DNA of 64,000 nucleotides from Giardia intestinalis (Eukaryota): NCBI GenBank assembly GCA_000002435.2, contig CM018789.1; one strand, 5' to 3'. Shown piece by piece: positions 11,701 to 18,385 of this stretch (position 1 is its first letter; each line of letters starts with the position of its first letter). The notes under the pieces were generated by a model. It saw only the letters and a program-made list of their open reading frames with translations, ran no database searches and was not told where the DNA came from. The position numbers and the translations under genes were made by a program.

Positions 11701-12603
11701 AAAACGGCTTCACGAGTGGTTTGTATAAGGGAGTTAGAAATAGCGGCAGTAAGAATCAGCGCGACAATATCCATTACTAATTTTCCACTCCAGCTCAGTC
11801 CTGTAATATCCATTCTCAACCAAGTCGGAATAATATCGTTCAGCATAGAAGATGCGCGAATACGCATGGGCGCATTCAGACTGAAAAATCGTCTATTAAC
11901 ATTCCAAGAGCTGACGCGACATCTTTGTAGAAGCTACATTAAGGCCATTAGCATGAACGCAGGAAATCTTCTTGTCGCGACTCCAATACTGGGGAACTTA
12001 AGCTCCCTTGCAACTCATTTCACTGAAAGCTTTGGCGCCCCTAAGAACGAGGGAGTCACTCGTATTGAAAACTTTGTTAGTCACAACACGGCAGGCGTAA
12101 TGAGTGTGGCCCGTGCTCTCCTTGAAAGCACGGGAAAGCTGCTCGATGCAGCGAGCATGGATGGCAAGTACTCTGCTCAACGGGCCATCGTATTATATGA
12201 ATCCCAAAAGAGTCTCAAAACGGCCTGGAAGAATGCAGGAAATGAGTTCTGGCGAGAATTAAAGAGTGCCCTTGCTGGACTGATCTCCAAACCACGCAAG
12301 GGTCTTGCTGCCAAGGGTGTAAAGGGCTTTTTCCGCGGTCTGGGTCAAGGGCTCGTTGGATCCATCACCAAATCTCTTGGAAGCATCAATGATGCTATTC
12401 TGCATGTTATTGTAGGGATAAATGGCAGCGCCTTACGCATCTGTAGGCCCGTGATGGATCAGGGTCGCTCTCGCACATTTATTGGTCCACTAGTAGAGCA
12501 GGAGATTAGAAATCAGAAGATGTCGGAGGAATCGGCAGTTTCCAGAGAATCTACAGAGTCCGATTCTGGCGACCAAGAGCCTATAAATACATACACAGAG
12601 TAG
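2779..12603 (+). CDS. VPS13-family bridge-like lipid transfer protein (chorein-N)
   Basis: 3274-codon intronless ORF from ATG at 2779. The N-terminus MFNEILTRILTKYINKYVYELNSASMRSSLLRGIVELSNLFIRPEALDMLQGVRLAFGYVEHMSLRIPW matches the chorein-N signature of VPS13/ATG2. The C-terminus carries the VPS13-type motif KGVKGFFRGLGQGLVGSITKSLGSINDA. The size fits VPS13 rather than ATG2. Confidence 0.75.
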   Translation: MFNEILTRILTKYINKYVYELNSASMRSSLLRGIVELSNLFIRPEALDMLQGVRLAFGYVEHMSLRIPWQSFWKENISIKVSTVYVVVYGCSPDLTEDAIRQQVLSNFKNKLKSLIRMEQRILEQNKEQIMLEVGTTAKTGSQKTGKMKRWILWLQNLAINNISLAINNVAILWSAPELGGVSGALCLQSMLIATADNSVIDKSGLKEKDCILKDLAFRYYLVSADEHPDHNYNSLAECERGLSFWRPLFEGPAYITVVDPLQVTTRIQLCRNFAHENKPFVTIQLQIPNLCGCTDLQTILSLIESLNKSMAAGEFAFALTSNEITHLGKNSSPDDAIRCLGKVLIRSQAISKIEALVSTESGGRLSSLKDQLHRTFKKHYLSHLRCKYIMPLLPKYGDAPAVSTFNDEYLNAVQDVIGYAGHSAQTLAELTASIPTPVIAKLQQECFSAFLHNLPENIEQSKREALTKESETNEDSTPTRLSKKDLAELQKLAGVPSKLDISDMGNSSDSGEERLELVKIVAYLKGVDISVCEKIADCSIGSTSAKLLRLSLQTISCAFSLFKSTDFTFLCELSRIRGECAAVKEPVLTTLSESSAFSIEICSPGRLGGSMCIKSLLVPIQVMCVPSLLPFVVNLMTVLQNTFSNNVKVPIQKASSLDLVTLYNEIDKGITTFLQERAATLELDLELGAPVVTISAPTITSLSCSLGQVSIKSLHFLSEIDHPKLTPKPQTLVLFVKLSDTAISMKSNTKDGSIDGGTIETHVEEETIVRPCSVSIYLQIPLVTGPMIADVSQSLFDIVLTTASIQSLMLLCSRYAYELLHIPIHRQNAMNAVAPSLHQDHQGTSVQQKPDTEDRLEQTMLLLRKNTATVIITVTLEGAKLAIGDAKEVEAYVGQGYLEVYVMTAQNKTSYAKFKMSMLDFFVCGTPVAYLTSETEDYEDDKIASGSWSIDKGITLKLAIGMLHIIADVILFIRLTSVLEKLLQSYTDAGLALLWSQISHKFSSSQAPSRPSLQERNESTIALLVDFAGLEIHLLSTPYLLPISSDLELALDLNMDTALICTARLKSVYFNIVLDSTDVFINWSFHECVIEGSESEPARVTMLQFITPVTSEVCAIGCVHLYSCVSYDPNLLLHAQITSDILITINGRLVQYLLHSGGLLVDCLLRIKELLGGDLKVQSAGNTTAKSPSRISCNIFSPSFEISIPVQADYPSPQFSLHLINFEMSTDQAPGSPTISLYGCLEQLLFEFVDTIEGHGCAHRTICAYDRLEILIERTHRVYRQERRDISDSPQECILLAHQLIAIGLPEVICVCLTPQMLHAAMELIGADRNLGFSIVDDADESKLRSIKQTIDARVEDGQAQDGISGSVDTIRSINRLLAHDFKGFLGQDIMSTRAQLKLDDSFIDMIEQEYINASSTVDEEHAQLDHLNQFCPPVVNTFKMSLCTLHVKLLDRTGTLIDCKLNKSNITLERTADLQASGFIESLTLKATESLFPLFSITQVTFQYKHDSIHRQATLLLAQKANLTVVVDHIAISMVFSLLELVHTPSAAYILARQAKQELVSSINEKVSVLQERTTSQMNKRNVSHALLSALHVSQTKKTVTTDKPTMEIRLSLLTVKFVIIVSVNGPKEGSKLESLEHVALHADISIVTSTSFRQKYIISEAECRVQDFFKHTELCVALNLDKCRITSCLAGWETGAESMQLNNIILVPKLSCTFTAVSTDMQGSYTEDNRQKDIVLNKQSSSMDVTIEKQAEITISSRLLCVYLLAKERLLGAIPNKIIKETKQIAKEKLEKIKSKSIEFLKGASDFQAEKVGNALVDAFPTAVLNATPIMVSGFHFPVYTISSKTKVELSFKNHPLLVSLTSSQNMWPLFIVGCNDIRCIYENVPEADPNVPHQTLALTALLYAKSYNEALKSYDALLCSTPIALSYKLQSRSLASTVAANEAPVDTLSMHSTYKTISAEISISFSVQSELLVLLTPTALLAMMHFIGTFSMPASKSLKANNAQKNTNLILERQFGEDETTDQSLISSISAASPQSAESEGQQVIEFYPSGIVQVVKVYSGSSECSAHSALGGALVFYVSLSKVEDASMWVELLSEGVIKTIQLPLCILLFHEQYNIDESWGFVFINQSSRVEVHCLSTCILLNYTTRDYSFIAEAPMSSSIRSTDQLNSSTETMSTMLSSMPSTHSTTVCTSVECNGHDRPQLSGTLGKSSYVSVPTTVVSLQISYKNNSPLELLYYLHHPATNPLETFITEKGYEYLKFVVFTVHLFGRPTQVIQLVPTHFITNGMPCIANLKLSYMRARDSNSEPETGEQTAALAPVEIFTLNTSLKDKIQLASLSVELQYGVESYKYILKSTYSLTYNEDSMPAQPVALDLVPARQDSTEVYHCNVSIKKQTMKKTTRVDISLLKGLYAPSAVEINIYATALLQNNTAPELSFCIFRLDSKYDKRTQITSLVKYEEASIIWGKYSDSIKLSVSVLPIMQSGSPIQYHKSDSFRLSTVAGYRLHRMHTKTERKKVTLFVCSISKQLKGSPSMIYTLQAAMKVNNWMPRPINVLITPWDHKDKTAQKVVCANSNASVSVFELPGIKERLVDYAIRFPEDQKDLLKRLKIGYSKELLHIDSSLAVVEVHCTEYKLDITVRPPTTIDDVQLKVYNSLNLDLYCSYKHSSQRTKYTVASKSTATLYFLLSDLDFYHQKSNGVFSQIFCIKMAPLSTDVEFYDPRSKKKCHAKLLIGEGAIHCKIFSDNETLPEPAIGHYDVNQRVLINANLETKKIRVLLVGPDDSDFSRRREYVSLSTAFVDIVCLVSAQYYLVSAQVGQVSLENILGLTNQPRILHLKPVKPTKGPYQKRSAQKLSLIKNPETPAIMAMASLSTNLSILDVDRFKIKMGKLNIHIDQSTIDVILRFLRINALLSISFQIESTECQSLQAEIHYLLSHMSREDSRYYALLRKLCNSVFNATTQAEACENSKTASRVVCIRELEIAAVRISATISITNFPLQLSPVISILNQVGIISFSIEDARIRMGAFRLKNRLLTFQELTRHLCRSYIKAISMNAGNLLVATPILGNLSSLATHFTESFGAPKNEGVTRIENFVSHNTAGVMSVARALLESTGKLLDAASMDGKYSAQRAIVLYESQKSLKTAWKNAGNEFWRELKSALAGLISKPRKGLAAKGVKGFFRGLGQGLVGSITKSLGSINDAILHVIVGINGSALRICRPVMDQGRSRTFIGPLVEQEIRNQKMSEESAVSRESTESDSGDQEPINTYTE

Positions 12604-12627
12604 TTTGAGTTACAGTCTTTATAAAAA
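12604..12627 (+). promoter_or_regulatory. A/T-rich initiator region directly upstream of the nitroreductase ATG
   Basis: The 24-bp gap contains ctttataaaaaATG. This matches short A-rich initiator elements that abut start codons in Giardia-type genes. Confidence 0.4.
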
Positions 12628-13422
12628 ATGGTTGAAGGTTATCCTGTGTTCCTAACCGATACCTGTACAGGGTGCAACATGTGCGTAGAGGTGTGCCCGA
12701 CAGCAGTTCTGAAGGTGGACCCCGAGACAAAGGTAGTGGCGTACGCAAATCGCGATAATTGCATTTTTTGCGGGCATTGCGGGGCCATATGCCCAACCGA
12801 ATCGATAAGCATGTTTGGTATCACCCCAGAGAGCGAGGAGAATGCAATAAAGACAGATCCACCGGCAGTTCGTGCCGTCAAGATGGCTCGCACGTGTCGT
12901 AAGTACCACCCGGAACCTTTACCGAAGGAGGATCTGATGCAAGCGCTTTCCATAGCAAAATACTCGGCCTCTTCATCAAACATTCGTCCTTTGCACTTCA
13001 CGGTCCTGAGCAGAAGCCTAATGGACACCCTTAGCCTTTCGATAGCGAAGGAGGTTTCAAAGAATCCTAGATATTCCAAGGTTGCCGCATTGGTGGAAAA
13101 GGGTATTGATGTGGTTTTTCGTGGTGCCCCACATATGATACTGATGTCTGCACCTGCTGACAAGGCCGCAGTCGCAATGGCAGATGCGTCCATCGCTGGA
13201 CGGGACATTCAGCTTAACGCAGAATCTATGGGCCTGGGGATGTTTTGGTGTGGCTTCCTCTTAGCTGCTGTGGCTTCTTCTCAGGAACTGCATGACATTT
13301 GTGGTGTTCCAGAAGGCCACAAAATCCTTATGGCGATGGGGATTGGCCGCCCTAAGGTTAAGTTTGCCCGGCCAGCTCTTCGTCGAAACCTTGAGGAGGG
13401 TGTCGACATTACATTTAAGTAA
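12628..13422 (+). CDS. ferredoxin-nitroreductase fusion protein (Fd-NR type)
   Basis: 264 aa. The N-terminus has two 4Fe-4S ferredoxin motifs, CTGCNMCVEVCP and CIFCGHCGAICP. These are followed by a NAD(P)H nitroreductase-fold domain. ATG confirmed at 12628. Confidence 0.85.
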   Translation: MVEGYPVFLTDTCTGCNMCVEVCPTAVLKVDPETKVVAYANRDNCIFCGHCGAICPTESISMFGITPESEENAIKTDPPAVRAVKMARTCRKYHPEPLPKEDLMQALSIAKYSASSSNIRPLHFTVLSRSLMDTLSLSIAKEVSKNPRYSKVAALVEKGIDVVFRGAPHMILMSAPADKAAVAMADASIAGRDIQLNAESMGLGMFWCGFLLAAVASSQELHDICGVPEGHKILMAMGIGRPKVKFARPALRRNLEEGVDITFK

Positions 13423-13452
13423 TTGGTGTTAATTGGTCAGGTACACAGGCAG

Positions 13453-13459
13453 AGTAAAC
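13453..13459 (+). promoter_or_regulatory. putative poly(A) signal AGTAAAC (AGTRAAY class)
   Basis: AGTAAAC lies 31 nt after the nitroreductase TAA stop. It is immediately followed by gctaaaaATG of the next ORF. Confidence 0.45.
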
Positions 13460-13474
13460 AAAGAAAAGCTAAAA

Positions 13475-14140
13475 ATGCTTGCATTCAACGAAGTCAGTTA
13501 TCTGGAAAAGACGGAGGATATACGCGCTAACTCGTTTAGCTATCATAACAGGATGTCCAGGCACTCTAGAGATTCGGAGAGCCCCCTACCAATTATCCAG
13601 GAGCCTCCGCTCCCCAAGTGCTCGACGTCTGTTCTTCGCCGGATCACGCCTCCTATTACAGGAAACAGCTCGGGCTATGGATATCAAGCTGAAGATCAAC
13701 ACGGCGTTAGCTTTCTTTCGGTAGGGAGTAGAAACTTTTTAACAGAAGGCAAGCTACCACAGGACATTACAGATCTGTACAACTGCTATCGCCCCATTAT
13801 CATGCACACGTACATGACTGGAAGAGCATACGTCCCCTGTGAGCGTGTGCACAGCCCTTTAGTATCCTTACAAGACAGAGCAGGAGCACAGATGTTTCCG
13901 GAGAGGCACTTTTCAGGAACAGGAAATGCAGCAACACATTGGTATTCAAAGGAATGCGCAAAAACGGCAAAGCACGTATTGCGGCTTATGAACTTCGCAC
14001 GAATAGAAGAGCCTGAAAATTTGATCTGCCCTCAAAAATTAGGTGGGCTACAGTGTGCACTAAAGGCAGACAAAAGTAAGTTGGAGCATAGGCATAAATA
14101 TGTACGTCCCCGCACCAGTGCGAAAACGCCAGCTGACTAG
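13475..14140 (+). CDS. hypothetical protein
   Basis: The track ORF starts at TTG 13433. I moved the start to the first in-frame ATG at 13475, which sits behind gctaaaaATG and downstream of the neighbour's poly(A) signal. 221 aa with no recognisable domain. Overlaps the next ORF by 41 nt in another frame. Confidence 0.4.
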   Translation: MLAFNEVSYLEKTEDIRANSFSYHNRMSRHSRDSESPLPIIQEPPLPKCSTSVLRRITPPITGNSSGYGYQAEDQHGVSFLSVGSRNFLTEGKLPQDITDLYNCYRPIIMHTYMTGRAYVPCERVHSPLVSLQDRAGAQMFPERHFSGTGNAATHWYSKECAKTAKHVLRLMNFARIEEPENLICPQKLGGLQCALKADKSKLEHRHKYVRPRTSAKTPAD

Positions 14141-14969
14141 GCTAGAGGCGTGTATCGCTAAGCATACCCTCGCAGACGCCGATCTAACTCATCAGCATAT
14201 GCAGATCCGCTGTATACCAATAGACGTCAAGGACCACGAATCTCTTAACAGGAAGCTGTATGATGAGTTGCGATTCCTTTTCACGGGGACCGCATGCCCA
14301 GAAATTCGTGAGATCTACACACGGTACTTCACCAGAAATGACATTAGCATTGAAAACCGCCGAGAGCGTGCTTGGAAGCACTTTCTAGCGTCTAGACGGG
14401 CTCACAACCTGCCTCAGATTGCATTAGAGGTCAATGGCGCATTTTATATTTTAGAGGACGACCCACGGGGAAGGATTGCCCGTCTCCCTGCGTCCCTGCA
14501 GGGAAAGGCGCAAGGATTGTTAAATAAAAATAGATCACACCCAGAATCTAGTCTCAAGTCTGCCAAGTATAAGAAGTACATGGTAGGACTTGATGAGCCT
14601 AAATATCAGATACGCAGCCTATCTGAGTCAGCTGCCCGGAGGTTCGGAGCGTCAGCTGCCACCTCATCTATCGTCCTTCCTGTTGCAGAGTGGCGCAAGC
14701 TCACAGAGGAGAGAATTGAAACACACCACGATCATTGTGCAGCTACTTCCTCTATCTTCGCAGATTCTGACCTTCCGTACGATTGTGCTTCCAGCTTAGG
14801 GCCAACTTTCAACGTTTTGGAACGCTATCGGTCAATAGATAACTTTGATCGAGATCTCGCCAAAGAGACTCAGAGAGACGAGAAAACCAAGGAGCCAACT
14901 GAGTGGTACGAGATCTATAAGAGTGATATTCTCACTGTTATAAAGAATATCTATCGCAAAAACATGTAG
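14100..14969 (+). CDS. hypothetical protein
   Basis: 289-codon ORF from ATG at 14100 (cataaatATG). No recognisable domain. Could be a separate gene or the frameshifted continuation of 13475..14140. Confidence 0.45.
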   Translation: MYVPAPVRKRQLTRLEACIAKHTLADADLTHQHMQIRCIPIDVKDHESLNRKLYDELRFLFTGTACPEIREIYTRYFTRNDISIENRRERAWKHFLASRRAHNLPQIALEVNGAFYILEDDPRGRIARLPASLQGKAQGLLNKNRSHPESSLKSAKYKKYMVGLDEPKYQIRSLSESAARRFGASAATSSIVLPVAEWRKLTEERIETHHDHCAATSSIFADSDLPYDCASSLGPTFNVLERYRSIDNFDRDLAKETQRDEKTKEPTEWYEIYKSDILTVIKNIYRKNM

Positions 14970-14979
14970 CTTTCAAAAA

Positions 14980-17265
14980 ATGACGCTATCGGCCTGGATT
15001 ATACTAGTGACTCTTGCCATGGCATCTGTCCTAACGCCAGAGGACAATGTCCGTCTGCGCCGACTTACTGCGTATGTAGCGAACGCAGACGCCTCCATAG
15101 TCCTTTTAACCTATACAGAGTACGAGGAAGGCACAAACCACGGAAATAGTATGCTCTGGAGAATCAATGACCCGCTTGAGGCTGAATACCCATTTGACCC
15201 GGATGACATATCCCTTTTGAATGCAGAGAGGGTATGTCCCGAGCTTGTAGGAGTTGGGGATCTTCAGTACTCAACGCATAACCAGGCTTTTTACTTTACA
15301 GCCCAGGGGCCAGATGGCACGAGCCAAGTTTACTCGTATAACCACAAGCTGGAGACGTGCACGCAGATATCTTTCCTGCCTATTAGCGTTTCCAACTTGA
15401 AGGTCTCACCCAAAGGCAATTCCGTCTTGTTTTCCGCAGAGATATTTGTTTATCCCAATAACCACGCTTCTGTAGATGATCCCTTAAATTTTGCACACGA
15501 CGAATTTGCACGTATTCAGGCCAGACCCTACAAAGCATTTGCTTACGAGCAATTGTACACACGCCACTGGGATGAGGACATCCTTCCATCGCAGTACCGC
15601 CACCTTTTTGCAGCACGGTTAGAGCGGTCATCTGAGTATGACGACGACTATGTGCGTATCACCGTGGACAACTCAATCGATTTGATGCCTAGATTTGATG
15701 GAGATTGTCCCATGAGGCCGTTTGCAGACGCTTCTTCATACACCTTTGATTCTCATGGCCGGTATGTTGCGTTTGTGACACAAGTGGGGTCAACAGCTGC
15801 CTTTTACACCAATGATTCGATTTGGATCACCGACCTTCAGCAGTTTCTGGACGCTAAGAAACCAGTTCGTGACGTTGTATTGCCTCTTAGATGTGCTACC
15901 TGCTGGAATAAAGCACGAGACCAGCGACCGGCTTTCAGCTATGACGGTATTTTCCTCTACTATGCGTCCATGGACGAAGAGCAAAGTGAGTCTGATCTCT
16001 TACGTCTTCGGAAGCAGAATGTCTCTGATCTCTTTGAGTACGACTGCGATTCACTGTTTTGTGGTCCGGTGACTGGAGAAGGCGTTTTTAATCTGACTGC
16101 CGGCGTTTTTGATAGGTCCATTGGCCAGTTTATTATCCCTACAGACTCCACTGAAGACTCTATCTATATCCTTGCGGAGGATCACGCACGTACCAATCTG
16201 TTTCGATACAACGAAGAATCCTCGACCGTGACTCGTCTGACATACAATGGGACACTCGGGTCTCTGTTATATTTACGGCACAACAAGATTTTCCTTGCTA
16301 CAATGTCTTCGTACACACGCCCAACAGATCTAGTAATGCTGGATCTTACAGTCGCCACTGAATTTACTGCCACGCGGGATCCATCGGATACTATGAAGGA
16401 TGATCTGATTAAGATTAGCTATCTGACTGACTTGAATAGGCAGCGTTTGAGGCACATAGATGAATTACAAGAGCCAGAGGAATTCTATCTCCCCAGCAAG
16501 AGCTTTCCTGACCAGTACGTTCATTCGTGGTACTTTGCTCCAGCGAACCTGAGAGACAGTCACGAGTATCCTCTTATCCTCTATGTGCATGGTGGGCCAG
16601 AATCCCCGTGGGCCAACTCTTGGTCGTACAGGTGGAATCCGCAGCTAATTGCAGCGAGAGGATATGGTGTACTAGCAACAAACTTCCACGGATCCAGTAG
16701 CTTTGGCGAGGTGTTTCAAAAGTCTGTCCGTGGGAATTGGTACAGCTACCCACTGGAGGACATAATGGACGCTTGGTCTAACATTTATACGCATGCGGAT
16801 AAGGCATATCTTAGTAGAGAGAAGGTCTGTGCCATGGGTGCAAGTTTTGGAGCCACGTTCATGAACTACATGAATTCGCACGTCAACAATGTCACTTGTT
16901 ATGTAACTCACGATGGAGTCTTCGACACCATGTGCAATGCGTTGGAGACAGATGAGCTCTTCTTCCCAGTCAGAGAGTTGGGCGGATTTCTCTTGGATGA
17001 GCAGGTGGACAATCAGCAACTCTATGAGAAATGGAATCCAGCGCGATTTGTCGAAAACATGTCCGCGCCAATGCTTGTGATCCATGGGCAAAAGGATTAT
17101 AGAATTCAGGTTTATCACGGGATATCCCTTTTCCAGGCTCTTCGACTCCGAGGAATAAAGACAAAGCTTGTTTACTTTCCCACGCAATCCCACTGGGTAT
17201 GGCAGCCACAAGAGAGCCTTTTCTGGCATACGCAGGTGTTTGACTGGCTAGATACTTACCTTTAG
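14980..17265 (+). CDS. S9-family serine peptidase (prolyl oligopeptidase / acylaminoacyl-dipeptidyl peptidase type) with N-terminal signal peptide
   Basis: 761 aa. Hydrophobic N-terminus MTLSAWIILVTLAMASV. The C-terminal alpha/beta hydrolase domain has the nucleophile elbow GASFG and a downstream Asp (HGQKDYR) and His (QSHWV). Initiator tttcaaaaaATG. AGTAAAT signal at 17278-17284, 13 nt after the stop. Confidence 0.8.
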   Translation: MTLSAWIILVTLAMASVLTPEDNVRLRRLTAYVANADASIVLLTYTEYEEGTNHGNSMLWRINDPLEAEYPFDPDDISLLNAERVCPELVGVGDLQYSTHNQAFYFTAQGPDGTSQVYSYNHKLETCTQISFLPISVSNLKVSPKGNSVLFSAEIFVYPNNHASVDDPLNFAHDEFARIQARPYKAFAYEQLYTRHWDEDILPSQYRHLFAARLERSSEYDDDYVRITVDNSIDLMPRFDGDCPMRPFADASSYTFDSHGRYVAFVTQVGSTAAFYTNDSIWITDLQQFLDAKKPVRDVVLPLRCATCWNKARDQRPAFSYDGIFLYYASMDEEQSESDLLRLRKQNVSDLFEYDCDSLFCGPVTGEGVFNLTAGVFDRSIGQFIIPTDSTEDSIYILAEDHARTNLFRYNEESSTVTRLTYNGTLGSLLYLRHNKIFLATMSSYTRPTDLVMLDLTVATEFTATRDPSDTMKDDLIKISYLTDLNRQRLRHIDELQEPEEFYLPSKSFPDQYVHSWYFAPANLRDSHEYPLILYVHGGPESPWANSWSYRWNPQLIAARGYGVLATNFHGSSSFGEVFQKSVRGNWYSYPLEDIMDAWSNIYTHADKAYLSREKVCAMGASFGATFMNYMNSHVNNVTCYVTHDGVFDTMCNALETDELFFPVRELGGFLLDEQVDNQQLYEKWNPARFVENMSAPMLVIHGQKDYRIQVYHGISLFQALRLRGIKTKLVYFPTQSHWVWQPQESLFWHTQVFDWLDTYL

Positions 17266-17277
17266 TCTCTTCTCATA

Positions 17278-17284
17278 AGTAAAT
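17278..17284 (+). promoter_or_regulatory. putative poly(A) signal AGTAAAT
   Basis: Lies 13 nt after the TAG stop of the S9 peptidase gene. Confidence 0.45.
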
Positions 17285-17290
17285 GATCGC

Positions 17291-18385
17291 TTACTCGTAT
17301 AAGTGCACAGCGTGGACATTGGTGATAAATTCCTCCAAGTGCCTTCCTGTCTGCATCACAGTTTCAAGAGAAACGTCAGATGTGTTAATTGAAGGTGCCA
17401 CTGTTTCTTTTGCAAGAGAAGATACCTTTAATGTCAATCTGGCGCGATATCCGTCGAATAGTGGAGAGCCATCGGCACACTTCAGCAGCGTACACCAAGC
17501 CTGGAGCTGATGAAAGACAGGCAGATACAGATGATGGCAAGGATGTATCCGTTTAAGATCAAGAGCATTGAGGGAATGGACGTATTCATAGAAATGTGCA
17601 AGAGTGTCAGCCCACTGTGAAGAATGCTGTGCAACGGTGAGCATATGAGGGGTGATTGAAAATTCGCAAAGAAAGGACTTCCGTATCGTAAGAAGCCGAC
17701 TTGTGGTAAGGGACTGCTGCGGTAATAATGAAAGTAGCCACACGTCATACTCTTTCCCCATGCGCATAGCTCGGAGGTGCCGGCCTTTTTTCGGCCGTAG
17801 TGAGAGCATGAAAGATTGGTCTTTATTTTCTAACATACTGCTAGAGTCGTCCGAGGATTCCTCCTTCGATTCTGATAAAGCAGGGGCCACCGAAGTTTCC
17901 GATCCAGTAAGCTGTGGGGGTGCCGGCAAGGGATAGTTGGCAGTCACATGCTGGTTGGCGGAATCTGTCCCTGGAGGCGTCAGCCCCGCCTGCAGAGAAA
18001 CGGGGGTGGCGCATATAACTTTTAGAAGAGGCTCCTGATAACAGAGGTCCTCTTCCTTTTCAACTGTGTTCTCCATAGTAAAGTTTTTGGGCTCCGTTGT
18101 TAGGCACATAAGAGCATTCATAATTGCATAGAGAGGAAGACTCCCCACACACTCTCGCAAGCTCTTTTTCAGATCAATTTCGCAGGCAGCATGCGGCATA
18201 GCCTCACAGCCGTAAGGAATCGCAGATAAAGACCGAGATTGCTTCTTCATAATTTTTTCCGCCAAAGGAAGCAAGAACACATATTTATTCACTAGTTGGC
18301 GCTGTAGCCTAAGTAACGACTTATATGAAGAATGGTCTGTACTGAAGACCAAATATAGCACACGACTCAAATAAGTCATCCCCAT
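17291..18385 (-). CDS. hypothetical protein
   Basis: 364-codon ORF. ATG at 18385 overlaps the Argonaute 3' end by 65 nt. An alternative start ATG at 18250 (ggcggaaaaaattATG) would give 319 aa and clear the Argonaute poly(A) signal. No domain recognised. Confidence 0.5.
18287..18293 (-). promoter_or_regulatory. putative poly(A) signal AGTGAAT for Argonaute (minus strand)
   Basis: Reverse complement of attcact. Lies 28 nt downstream of the Argonaute TAA stop. Confidence 0.35.

Noticed and set aside
12639-13208. 189-codon ORF antisense to the nitroreductase gene, and many 60-120 codon antisense ORFs within the giant genes
   Set aside because: They lie wholly inside well-supported genes on the opposite strand. 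They have Ser/Leu/Arg-rich junk composition typical of antisense frames.
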